This document shows, piece by piece, positions 37,801 through 52,789 of a stretch of DNA of 64,000 nt. Each line of letters starts with the position of its first letter. The first letter of the stretch is position 1. The stretch comes from Eledone cirrhosa (taxonomy: Eukaryota), in NCBI GenBank assembly GCA_964016885.1, contig OZ024742.1, positions 362,266,001 to 362,330,000 on the forward strand. The letters are read 5' to 3'. The translations under genes and the position numbers were made by a program. Under the pieces are notes generated by a model. The model made no database searches. It worked only from the letters and a program-made list of their open reading frames with translations, and had not been told where the DNA came from.

Positions 37801-40800
37801 GTAGATTACTTCCCTTGCTTTTATCGAGAATCTAATTGTAATACGTGACGTATTCTATTCTATAGCGATTAGGTCTTCAAAATGTTTATTATAAACATAC
37901 AGAATATTTTCGAATATTCTATGTCTATATTCACATATATATCGCTATTTCAGAGCATTTATTCCAATTTCTAATTTCTGCCGGACCGGCAACCGCTCTT
38001 TCAAACCAGTTCCTGTACACAGCTAAGTATTCTATAAGTCTCTAGCTGTGTCATTCTCGATAAAAGCACTGGATATGTAGTCCTGATGATTTCTAACGAG
38101 AATGAAACGCGTAGATTACTTCCCTTGCTTTTATCGAGAATCTAATTGTAATACGTGACGTATTCTATTCTATAGCGATTAGGTCTTCAAAATGTTTATT
38201 ATAAACATACAGAATATTTTCGAATATTCTATGTCTATATTCACATATATATCGCTATTTCAGAGCATTTATTCCAATTTCTAATTTCTGCCGGACCGGC
38301 AACCGCTCTTTCAAACCAGTTCCTGTACACAGCTAAGTATTCTATAAGTCTCTAGCTGTGTCATTCTCGATAAAAGCACTGGATATGTAGTCCTGATGAT
38401 TTCTAACGAGAATGAAACGCGTAGATTACTTCCCTTGCTTTTATCGAGAATCTAATTGTAATACGTGACGTATTCTATTCTATAGCGATTAGGTCTTCAA
38501 AATGTTTATTATAAACATACAGAATATTTTCGAATATTCTATGTCTATATTCACATATATATCGCTATTTCAGAGCATTTATTCCAATTTCTAATTTCTG
38601 CCGGACCGGCAACCGCTCTTTCAAACCAGTTCCTGTACACAGCTAAGTATTCTATAAGTCTCTAGCTGTGTCATTCTCGATAAAAGCACTGGATATGTAG
38701 TCCTGATGATTTCTAACGAGAATGAAACGCGTAGATTACTTCCCTTGCTTTTATCGAGAATCTAATTGTAATACGTGACGTATTCTATTCTATAGCGATT
38801 AGGTCTTCAAAATGTTTATTATAAACATACAGAATATTTTCGAATATTCTATGTCTATATTCACATATATATCGCTATTTCAGAGCATTTATTCCAATTT
38901 CTAATTTCTGCCGGACCGGCAACCGCTCTTTCAAACCAGTTCCTGTACACAGCTAAGTATTCTATAAGTCTCTAGCTGTGTCATTCTCGATAAAAGCACT
39001 GGATATGTAGTCCTGATGATTTCTAACGAGAATGAAACGCGTAGATTACTTCCCTTGCTTTTATCGAGAATCTAATTGTAATACGTGACGTATTCTATTC
39101 TATAGCGATTAGGTCTTCAAAATGTTTATTATAAACATACAGAATATTTTCGAATATTCTATGTCTATATTCACATATATATCGCTATTTCAGAGCATTT
39201 ATTCCAATTTCTAATTTCTGCCGGACCGGCAACCGCTCTTTCAAACCAGTTCCTGTACACAGCTAAGTATTCTATAAGTCTCTAGCTGTGTCATTCTCGA
39301 TAAAAGCACTGGATATGTAGTCCTGATGATTTCTAACGAGAATGAAACGCGTAGATTACTTCCCTTGCTTTTATCGAGAATCTAATTGTAATACGTGACG
39401 TATTCTATTCTATAGCGATTAGGTCTTCAAAATGTTTATTATAAACATACAGAATATTTTCGAATATTCTATGTCTATATTCACATATATATCGCTATTT
39501 CAGAGCATTTATTCCAATTTCTAATTTCTGCCGGACCGGCAACCGCTCTTTCAAACCAGTTCCTGTACACAGCTAAGTATTCTATAAGTCTCTAGCTGTG
39601 TCATTCTCGATAAAAGCACTGGATATGTAGTCCTGATGATTTCTAACGAGAATGAAACGCGTAGATTACTTCCCTTGCTTTTATCGAGAATCTAATTGTA
39701 ATACGTGACGTATTCTATTCTATAGCGATTAGGTCTTCAAAATGTTTATTATAAACATACAGAATATTTTCGAATATTCTATGTCTATATTCACATATAT
39801 ATCGCTATTTCAGAGCATTTATTCCAATTTCTAATTTCTGCCGGACCGGCAACCGCTCTTTCAAACCAGTTCCTGTACACAGCTAAGTATTCTATAAGTC
39901 TCTAGCTGTGTCATTCTCGATAAAAGCACTGGATATGTAGTCCTGATGATTTCTAACGAGAATGAAACGCGTAGATTACTTCCCTTGCTTTTATCGAGAA
40001 TCTAATTGTAATACGTGACGTATTCTATTCTATAGCGATTAGGTCTTCAAAATGTTTATTATAAACATACAGAATATTTTCGAATATTCTATGTCTATAT
40101 TCACATATATATCGCTATTTCAGAGCATTTATTCCAATTTCTAATTTCTGCCGGACCGGCAACCGCTCTTTCAAACCAGTTCCTGTACACAGCTAAGTAT
40201 TCTATAAGTCTCTAGCTGTGTCATTCTCGATAAAAGCACTGGATATGTAGTCCTGATGATTTCTAACGAGAATGAAACGCGTAGATTACTTCCCTTGCTT
40301 TTATCGAGAATCTAATTGTAATACGTGACGTATTCTATTCTATAGCGATTAGGTCTTCAAAATGTTTATTATAAACATACAGAATATTTTCGAATATTCT
40401 ATGTCTATATTCACATATATATCGCTATTTCAGAGCATTTATTCCAATTTCTAATTTCTGCCGGACCGGCAACCGCTCTTTCAAACCAGTTCCTGTACAC
40501 AGCTAAGTATTCTATAAGTCTCTAGCTGTGTCATTCTCGATAAAAGCACTGGATATGTAGTCCTGATGATTTCTAACGAGAATGAAACGCGTAGATTACT
40601 TCCCTTGCTTTTATCGAGAATCTAATTGTAATACGTGACGTATTCTATTCTATAGCGATTAGGTCTTCAAAATGTTTATTATAAACATACAGAATATTTT
40701 CGAATATTCTATGTCTATATTCACATATATATCGCTATTTCAGAGCATTTATTCCAATTTCTAATTTCTGCCGGACCGGCAACCGCTCTTTCAAACCAGT

Positions 40801-43800
40801 TCCTGTACACAGCTAAGTATTCTATAAGTCTCTAGCTGTGTCATTCTCGATAAAAGCACTGGATATGTAGTCCTGATGATTTCTAACGAGAATGAAACGC
40901 GTAGATTACTTCCCTTGCTTTTATCGAGAATCTAATTGTAATACGTGACGTATTCTATTCTATAGCGATTAGGTCTTCAAAATGTTTATTATAAACATAC
41001 AGAATATTTTCGAATATTCTATGTCTATATTCACATATATATCGCTATTTCAGAGCATTTATTCCAATTTCTAATTTCTGCCGGACCGGCAACCGCTCTT
41101 TCAAACCAGTTCCTGTACACAGCTAAGTATTCTATAAGTCTCTAGCTGTGTCATTCTCGATAAAAGCACTGGATATGTAGTCCTGATGATTTCTAACGAG
41201 AATGAAACGCGTAGATTACTTCCCTTGCTTTTATCGAGAATCTAATTGTAATACGTGACGTATTCTATTCTATAGCGATTAGGTCTTCAAAATGTTTATT
41301 ATAAACATACAGAATATTTTCGAATATTCTATGTCTATATTCACATATATATCGCTATTTCAGAGCATTTATTCCAATTTCTAATTTCTGCCGGACCGGC
41401 AACCGCTCTTTCAAACCAGTTCCTGTACACAGCTAAGTATTCCATAAGTCTCTAGCTGTGTCATTCTCGATAAAAGCACTGGATATGTAGTCCTGATGAT
41501 TTCTAACGAGAATGAAACGCGTAGATTACTTCCCTTGCTTTTATCGAGAATCTAATTGTAATACGTGACGTATTCTATTCTATAGCGATTAGGTCTTCAA
41601 AATGTTTATTATAAACATACAGAATATTTTCGAATATTCTATGTCTATATTCACATATATATCGCTATTTCAGAGCATTTATTCCAATTTCTAATTTCTG
41701 CCGGACCGGCAACCGCTCTTTCAAACCAGTTCCTGTACACAGCTAAGTATTCTATAAGTCTCTAGCTGTGTCATTCTCGATAAAAGCACTGGATATGTAG
41801 TCCTGATGATTTCTAACGAGAATGAAACGCGTAGATTACTTCCCTTGCTTTTATCGAGAATCTAATTGTAATACGTGACGTATTCTATTCTATAGCGATT
41901 AGGTCTTCAAAATGTTTATTATAAACATACAGAATATTTTCGAATATTCTATGTCTATATTCACATATATATCGCTATTTCAGAGCATTTATTCCAATTT
42001 CTAATTTCTGCCGGACCGGCAACCGCTCTTTCAAACCAGTTCCTGTACACAGCTAAGTATTCTATAAGTCTCTAGCTGTGTCATTCTCGATAAAAGCACT
42101 GGATATGTAGTCCTGATGATTTCTAACGAGAATGAAACGCGTAGATTACTTCCCTTGCTTTTATCGAGAATCTAATTGTAATACGTGACGTATTCTATTC
42201 TATAGCGATTAGGTCTTCAAAATGTTTATTATAAACATACAGAATATTTTCGAATATTCTATGTCTATATTCACATATATATCGCTATTTCAGAGCATTT
42301 ATTCCAATTTCTAATTTCTGCCGGACCGGCAACCGCTCTTTCAAACCAGTTCCTGTACACAGCTAAGTATTCTATAAGTCTCTAGCTGTGTCATTCTCGA
42401 TAAAAGCACTGGATATGTAGTCCTGATGATTTCTAACGAGAATGAAACGCGTAGATTACTTCCCTTGCTTTTATCGAGAATCTAATTGTAATACGTGACG
42501 TATTCTATTCTATAGCGATTAGGTCTTCAAAATGTTTATTATAAACATACAGAATATTTTCGAATATTCTATGTCTATATTCACATATATATCGCTATTT
42601 CAGAGCATTTATTCCAATTTCTAATTTCTGCCGGACCGGCAACCGCTCTTTCAAACCAGTTCCTGTACACAGCTAAGTATTCTATAAGTCTCTAGCTGTG
42701 TCATTCTCGATAAAAGCACTGGATATGTAGTCCTGATGATTTCTAACGAGAATGAAACGCGTAGATTACTTCCCTTGCTTTTATCGAGAATCTAATTGTA
42801 ATACGTGACGTATTCTATTCTATAGCGATTAGGTCTTCAAAATGTTTATTATAAACATACAGAATATTTTCGAATATTCTATGTCTATATTCACATATAT
42901 ATCGCTATTTCAGAGCATTTATTCCAATTTCTAATTTCTGCCGGACCGGCAACCGCTCTTTCAAACCAGTTCCTGTACACAGCTAAGTATTCTATAAGTC
43001 TCTAGCTGTGTCATTCTCGATAAAAGCACTGGATATGTAGTCCTGATGATTTCTAACGAGAATGAAACGCGTAGATTACTTCCCTTGCTTTTATCGAGAA
43101 TCTAATTGTAATACGTGACGTATTCTATTCTATAGCGATTAGGTCTTCAAAATGTTTATTATAAACATACAGAATATTTTCGAATATTCTATGTCTATAT
43201 TCACATATATATCGCTATTTCAGAGCATTTATTCCAATTTCTAATTTCTGCCGGACCGGCAACCGCTCTTTCAAACCAGTTCCTGTACACAGCTAAGTAT
43301 TCTATAAGTCTCTAGCTGTGTCATTCTCGATAAAAGCACTGGATATGTAGTCCTGATGATTTCTAACGAGAATGAAACGCGTAGATTACTTCCCTTGCTT
43401 TTATCGAGAATCTAATTGTAATACGTGACGTATTCTATTCTATAGCAATTAGGTCTTCAAAATGTTTATTATAAACATACAGAATATTTTCGAATATTCT
43501 ATGTCTATATTCACATATATATCGCTATTTCAGAGCATTTATTCCAATTTCTAATTTCTGCCGGACCGGCAACCGCTCTTTCAAACCAGTTCCTGTACAC
43601 AGCTAAGTATTCTATAAGTCTCTAGCTGTGTCATTCTCGATAAAAGCACTGGATATGTAGTCCTGATGATTTCTAACGAGAATGAAACGCGTAGATTACT
43701 TCCCTTGCTTTTATCGAGAATCTAATTGTAATACGTGACGTATTCTATTCTATAGCGATTAGGTCTTCAAAATGTTTATTATAAACATACAGAATATTTT

Positions 43801-44793
43801 CGAATATTCTATGTCTATATTCACATATATATCGCTATTTCAGAGCATTTATTCCAATTTCTAATTTCTGCCGGACCGGCAACCGCTCTTTCAAACCAGT
43901 TCCTGTACACAGCTAAGTATTCTATAAGTCTCTAGCTGTGTCATTCTCGATAAAAGCACTGGATATGTAGTCCTGATGATTTCTAACGAGAATGAAACGC
44001 GTAGATTACTTCCCTTGCTTTTATCGAGAATCTAATTGTAATACGTGACGTATTCTATTCTATAGCGATTAGGTCTTCAAAATGTTTATTATAAACATAC
44101 AGAATATTTTCGAATATTCTATGTCTATATTCACATATATATCGCTATTTCAGAGCATTTATTCCAATTTCTAATTTCTGCCGGACCGGCAACCGCTCTT
44201 TCAAACCAGTTCCTGTACACAGCTAAGTATTCTATAAGTCTCTAGCTGTGTCATTCTCTATAAAAGCACTGGATATGTAGTCCTGATGATTTCTAACGAG
44301 AATGAAACGCGTAGATTACTTCCCTTGCTTTTATCGAGAATCTAATTGTAATACGTGACGTATTCTATTCTATAGCGATTAGGTCTTCAAAATGTTTATT
44401 ATAAACATACAGAATATTTTCGAATATTCTATGACTATATTCACATATATATCGCTATTTCAGAGCATTTATTCCAATTTCTAATTTCTGCCGGACCGGC
44501 AACCGCTCTTTCAAACCAGTTCCTGTACACAGCTAAGTATTCTATAAGTCTCTAGCTGTGTCATTCTCGATAAAAGCACTGGATATGTAGTCCTGATGAT
44601 TTCTAACGAGAATGAAACGCGTAGATTACTTCCCTTGCTTTTATCGAGAATCTAATTGTAATACGTGACGTATTCTATTCTATAGCGATTAGGTCTTCAA
44701 AATGTTTATTATAAACATACAGAATATTTTCGAATATTCTATGTCTATATTCACATATATATCGCTATTTCAGAGCATTTATTCCAATTTCTA
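31861..44793. repeat. 310-bp tandem array (about 41.6 units) of a hammerhead-bearing unit; candidate non-LTR retrozyme
   Basis: Exact 310-bp period; minus-oriented block 31861-33190 (about 4.3 units), plus-oriented block 33199-44793 (about 37.4 units); (TA)n on both sides; no ORF. Confidence 0.95.
33403..33491 (+). ncRNA. Type I hammerhead ribozyme (first of 37 plus-strand copies; 4 more on the minus strand)
   Basis: Stem I gtagtc/gattac, CTGATGA 33433-33439, stem II ttct-aacg-agaa, GAAA 33454-33457, palindromic stem III ACGCGT, GUA cleavage after 33463; 16-bp outer stem attctcgataaaagca/tgcttttatcgagaat. Confidence 0.88.
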
Positions 44794-44808
44794 TATATAT
44801 ATATATAT

Positions 44809-44952
<144 letters not shown>

Positions 44953-45037
44953 ATAAAAAAAATGAATAAAAAGAATAAAAAGAACAAACAAAAAGATTAA
45001 CACACTAAAATACTGCCAACAGCAACACACACTTTCG

Positions 45038-46890
45038 ATGGCTATCACCTTGCTTGAGTTAAAAAAATATAACCTCCAGCAATGCATGATGACCATCATC
45101 AATAACCAGAGAATAGCTGAAGAGAGCTGGGCCATTGAGAAAATCAAACTCAACCCCAAAGTGTTCTTTTCATTTGCTAAAAAACACAAGGTCAGCGTCT
45201 CCACTGTTGGCCCCGTAGTTGATGACAATGGCACACTCCAAGACAATGCCAAAACCATGGGCGAGATACTGCAGAAACAATACTGCTCTGTTTTCAGCAA
45301 TCCTGATATGGCCGATCTGGGCCGTACCAGTGATGTTAATTTCTCCACACACTATATCAGACATAACGTTTGGCGCCCCTGATGCCTTAGCGGCAATAAA
45401 AGAAATTAAACACAATTCAGCAGTAGGCCCCGATGGGTTCCCTGCTTGTGTCCTGAAGGTGTGTCGACACCAACTTGCATCTCCTCTGGTTAATCTGTGG
45501 AGGAACTCACTGGACTCTGGCTATATTCCTGAAAACTTTCTGTCCCAGTCCATTGTCCCAGTCTTCAAAAAGGGAAATAAGTCCCTTGCAGTGAACTACC
45601 ATCCGATCTCACTCACCTCTCATATTATCAAGGTATTTGAGAGGGTGATGAGATCACGAATAACTCACTTTCTTGAAAGCAACGGTCTGCTGAACTCCAA
45701 CCAACATGGGTTCCGTAATGGAAGGGACTGCGTAACGCAGCTCCTGCATCACTTTGACGATGTTTTGAGAGCCTTGGGAGAGGGCTCCAACACTGATGTC
45801 ATCTACCTTGATTTCAGCAAGGCCTTCGACAGGGTTGATCATGAGATTCTACTGAAAAAACTATCCAATGTTGGTGTCTCTGGAAGGTTACTACAGTGGA
45901 TCAAATGTTTCCTGACACGCAGAACCCAGCATGTTGTAGTTGAAGGAGTAAAATCAAGCCCTGCCAAAGTCAGCAGTGGCGTCCCACATGGTACTGTGTT
46001 GGGCCCACTTCTTTTCATCATCTACATTAATGACATTACTGACATCATCAAGCACAGCAACATCAGAATCTTCGCAGACGATTCCAAGCTCCAAAGGGTC
46101 ATCAATGAAGTGGGTGACCGGACTTGCCCTCAGTCAGACCTACTGGCTGTTATCCAATGGGCAGAAATGAATAATATGCTGTTGAATTAATCCACTTTGG
46201 AAAAATTTGAATTAATCCACTTTGGAAAAAAGGATGCCCTGAAACTACCATACTCTCTTCTTTCAGGTGAAACTCTAGTGGCATCCAATAACATCAGAGA
46301 CCCGAGAGTAATTGTGGACAACGACATAAGCTGGGCCACTCATATAAACAGCAAAGTTGATATGGCCCGCAGAATGTGTCCCTGGATTCTTAGAACTTTC
46401 CAGTCGAGAGATATCCACACTGTTATCCTTCTCTTCTCCACTTTTGCCCGACCCCACCTTGGATACTGTTGTCCACTGTGGTCACTCCACACGAAACAAA
46501 GTATTATGAAAGTTGAAGCACCCCAAAGTTCAATTACAAAAAAGATAGATGGCATGACAGGCCTTGACTATCGTAGTCGATTAGAAAAGCTGAAACTTTA
46601 TTCTCTCCACCGTCGCTGTGAGCGCTACATTATCTGTATGGTGTGGAAAATATTCCATCAGCTTTGCCCAAATGATGTTGGCATCACCTTTAGTGTACAC
46701 CCAAGGCTTGGGCCCCGTGCTATCCGCCACAACAAAAATCCCACTCGCATCACATAACAACAATACGGCACAATTATTTCACCTCAATTGGCCCTGCACT
46801 CTTTAACATTACACCAAGACACGTCAAAGCAGAGACAGACCCCATCACGTTCAAGAAGTCTTTGGATAAATTCCTTCAAGAAATCCCGGT
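45038..46890 (+). pseudogene. CR1-clade LINE ORF2 (RT) remnant
   Basis: NYHPISLTS, NQHGFR, YLDFSKAFDRVDH, SGVPHGTVLGP, IFADDSKL, RLEKLKLYSL, FKKSLDKFL; frameshifts and a 25-bp duplication at 46183-46230. Confidence 0.9.
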
Positions 46891-46892
46891 AG

Positions 46893-47002
46893 TAACATGA
46901 AAAAAAATTAGATCTTCAAAGGCTTTCAGCAATACACTTCATAGACGCCATAACAATTTCGATATATGTATGTATGTATATATATATTTACACACACACA
47001 CA

Positions 47003-47081
<79 letters not shown>

Positions 47082-48392
47082 TAAAATAACAGATTAAAGT
47101 TTAAGCAAAGAATCGCTGCTTTCACCCTTAACGGGACCTTCTGAAACTAACAAAGCTAATCTGTGAACGCGAAGTGAATATTTCAAAAAACGTTGCCACC
47201 GGAAGAAGACAGGAAGACGATACTTTGGTTCGTGGAAACGTTCCCTGGCAAAGAACGGGAAAAAACGAATATAATACGTCATTATTTGGAGCGGTGAAAA
47301 ACAATTACACGCATAGACAAAACCACGGTTATGGTATAAAAGAAGTCGTAGACTAATATTCTATTAGGTGGTTCATAGAGACGTTCTCTGGCAATGAACG
47401 AAAAAAACGAAGATGTTATATACCTATTTATTTATTTATATACGTTTATTTAATTATATGTATACACGCACACACACACACACACATATATATATTAATA
47501 TATATATTTTTATATATAATTTTATGTGTATTTGGTGTATACATTCGTATGCGTGCGGGTACAGGCGTTGCGTGGGTTCTGTATGTGCTTGCGAGTTTTT
47601 TTGTTTTTTTTTGTGTGTACGTGCGTGTATTTGTATATCTATGGCGAGTGTTTTCGCGTGTACTTGTGTACGTATATGGATGCGTGTATGTATTTATTTA
47701 ATTTCGATTACCTCTGTATTTTATTTACTTTATTCTTAACTCTGAAGCCGAGAATCATTCCGTTTCCTAGTTAGAATTTTAGTCTATGACTTCAGTTATA
47801 CCATTTACGTGGTTTTGTCTTTGTGTGCTATTGTTCTCCCCGCTCCACATATGACGTATTATCTTCGTTTTTTCCGTTCATTGCCAGAGAACGTCTCTAT
47901 GAACCACCTAATAGAATATTAGTCTACGACTTCTTTTATACGATAAACGTCGTTTTGACTTTGCGTGTAATTGTTTTTCACCGCTCCAAATAATGACGTA
48001 TTATATTCGTTTTTTCCCGTTCTTTGCCAGGGAACGTTTCCACGAACCAAAGTATCGTCTTCCTGTCTTCCTCCGGTTGCAACATTTTTTGAAATATTCA
48101 CTTCCGCGTTCACACATTGAGTTTGTTAGTTTCAGAAGATCCCGTTAAGGGTGAAAGCAGCGATTCTTTGCTTAAACTTGAATCTGTTATTTTAATAAAT
48201 ATTTGCTCTACGGTTCTTATATATTTGATATATATTTATCCTTATCGAGCCCTCTTTGGATTTTAGTCTTCAAATTTATTATTATTGCTATATATATATA
48301 TATATACATACATAATATATCGAAATTGTTTTGGCGTCTATGAAGTGTATTGCTGAAAACCTTTGAAGATCTAATTTTTCTTTATGTTACAT
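46893..48392. repeat. Outer about 90-bp inverted repeat enclosing the 47078-48290 element
   Basis: 46893-46985 is the reverse complement of 48300-48390. Confidence 0.8.
47078..48290 (+). mobile_element. Fold-back element with CAGAAGA-core hammerhead
   Basis: Arms 47078-47420/47855-48200; 'agttt CAGAAGA tcccgttaagggt GAAA gca..tgc TT aaact' (48128-48178); tail 48200-48290; (TA)n flanks. Confidence 0.75.
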
Positions 48393-48427
48393 ACGTTTAA
48401 TGATACATTAATCAGTATACACTGAGG

Positions 48428-48734
48428 ATGAAAAACTCAGAGCTGTATGGGAGCATCCCAAAAGTCAGCTCAAAAGTGACACAGAGGGGATTGAGGTTAG
48501 CTGGACATGCTCACCGACATCCAGAGTTGACATTGCACTCAGTACTCCTTTGGGAGCCCCTACATGGACACACTAGAAGAGGAAGGCCAAGGTTAACGTA
48601 TGTTGATGCCCTAAGGACAGACACTGGTCTGTTGGAGATGCAGGACATGGCAGCGATAATGAGGGACAGAGACCGCTGGAGAGAACTCGTCCATGGATCT
48701 CGGGAATTTTACCCGCCTTAGATAGATAGATAGA
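48428..48734 (+). pseudogene. RTE-clade LINE 3' end
   Basis: NSELYG..LRLAGHAHRH..LLWEP..RRGRPRLTYVD..RDRDRWR followed by a (TAGA)n tail. Confidence 0.85.
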
Positions 48735-49001
48735 ATGATACATTTTCTTAATGGCCGATACGATATCGCTTCTATTTCCCTCTACAAGATACTATTTCAT
48801 CTGTCTATATTTACCTTACTATATTTCATGACATTTGATCATACGTTCACTTCTGATTATATTTTATTCCCAATGATAATATCTTGTATTATTCTATTTA
48901 GATAACGCTCTCACAGATTCAGATTTCTCAACCACCACATTTTCCCTTCACTCAGCTATCCATTAGTTTACGTATTATATATGTATATGCATATACATAC
49001 A

Positions 49002-49111
<110 letters not shown>

Positions 49112-49677
49112 AATTAAAATGAAGAATTAGAAATAGAAGCCAGGACTATCTATCATCAGTGGTCTACTAGCCATCATAGGTATTTCTTCGCATTCAAGAC
49201 CAGATACCTCAGGCTAGTGCGAACAATAACTAAAATAAGTTATTGGGATAAAAAGAATTGGGTGGAGAAAGAGAGACAGGTAAACAAACACGAATGGTGA
49301 GGCAACGTAAAGAGAGGAAACAATGAGAAAATCAAGTCAATGATTCATTTGAACATAAGAACTTGCGAATATTCACGAGTAAACGAAAGACACATCTTAA
49401 CCGTGCGAAAGTAAGCGAGGAAAATATTTCGCACGGTGTGGGACTATGGAGGAAGTGAGAGAGAGGGTGAGTAACAGAGAGTGAGTGAAAGTGTGAGGAA
49501 GAGGCTAGCCGAGAGAGGGTGACTAGCAGAGGGGGTGAATGAAAGTAAGAGGGAGAAGGAGAGAGAAGGGAAAGAGAGAAAGAGGATAGTAGTAAGGGAA
49601 GAGTAAAAGACAGGTCACAGCGAAGGGGAAAGCATATAGGAATGAAAAATAGCGTATATTTGTGTGATTTATGGTTA

Positions 49678-50595
49678 TCTATATATATAAAACTGAGGAT
49701 GTCTGTCTGTGTGTGTGTGTGAGTTTGAATTCCTAAAACTCGAGAAGCACCCAACCTACTGTTTTCAAACTTTACACATGTAATACTTATGAATCAGGGA
49801 GTGTTCTGAGCAAAAATAATTTAAATTTTCAATGCCTTAGGGACCGCATTAGGCGATTTAGCGATCTCTCTCTATAATTGTTAGTCTTTCTCTTTTTAGA
49901 TACATTCATCCATATAACGTCGCGCCCTTATAATATCTGTCTGGATGTCTGGTTGTCTGCATTACGTCACTTCCCTGAGGATGTCTGTCTGTGTGTGTGT
50001 GTGTGTCTGTGAGGTTGAATCCCTAAAACTCGAGAAGTACCCAACCGATTTTTTTCAAACTTTACATGTGTATTACTTATTTTTCAGGGAGTGTTATGCG
50101 TTAAAAAAAAATCAACTTTTTGATCTCCTAGGGCCCACATTAGGTGAACAACTGCGTTTTTAAAGCTTTTTAGGGGTCTTTTGAGGCGTTACATCAGACC
50201 GATTTCCTTGAAATCGTAACTATGTATTAGTCAGTCTCTTCTTCATACCGTGAGCAAAGAAAATCCAACTTTTTTTTGGCCTAGGGCCCGCATTAGGTGA
50301 AAAACTTCATTTTAAAAGCTTTTTAGGGCTTTTTTGAGGCGTTACTTCTAGCCGATTTTCCCGAAATTTCATGCACATAAAACATTCATTTTCTTGATCC
50401 CCAGGGCCCTCATTAGGTGAAAACCTGCATTTTTCCTGCTTCATCGAGGAAAATCTTAAAGATTTTCCAGCCATCATAGTATTCGGTTTATTTTCTTTAC
50501 ATATTGTCCAGGCATGCAGTTTTTCCACGACTGGTCTGTTGGCGGCCCGCGTTCCAAAATAGCTTATCCCGTGATACGCCGGGTACCACTGCTAG
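49678..50595 (+). mobile_element. Non-autonomous Helitron-like element
   Basis: A|TCTATATATATAAAACTG..gtctgtctgtgtgt 5' end; internal duplication; 'cccgtgatacgccggg taccactg CTAG|T' 3' end. Confidence 0.8.
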
Positions 50596-50706
50596 TATAT
50601 ATATATATTTGTCGGTAAGTGTGCATTTTTAAGTGTCTGTATGCATACTGTTGATGTATGTAAGTCTGTCCTTCTGCCTGTATCTCCCCCCTCTCCTCTC
50701 TTTCTT

Positions 50707-52731
<2,025 letters not shown>

Positions 52732-52789
52732 CCTATATATATATATACATATCTACCAATAGCTATATTTCAGTATATGTAGATGTACC

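Noticed and set aside
31861-44793. Ordinary centromeric or dinucleosomal satellite
   Set aside because: A full hammerhead in each unit, PLE-like termini, the inversion and a dispersed same-end fragment argue against it; an assembly contribution to length or inversion cannot be excluded without reads
49140-49230. Minus-strand CTGATGA and CTGAGGT motifs
   Set aside because: I could not assemble a consistent stem II, GAAA and UH arrangement
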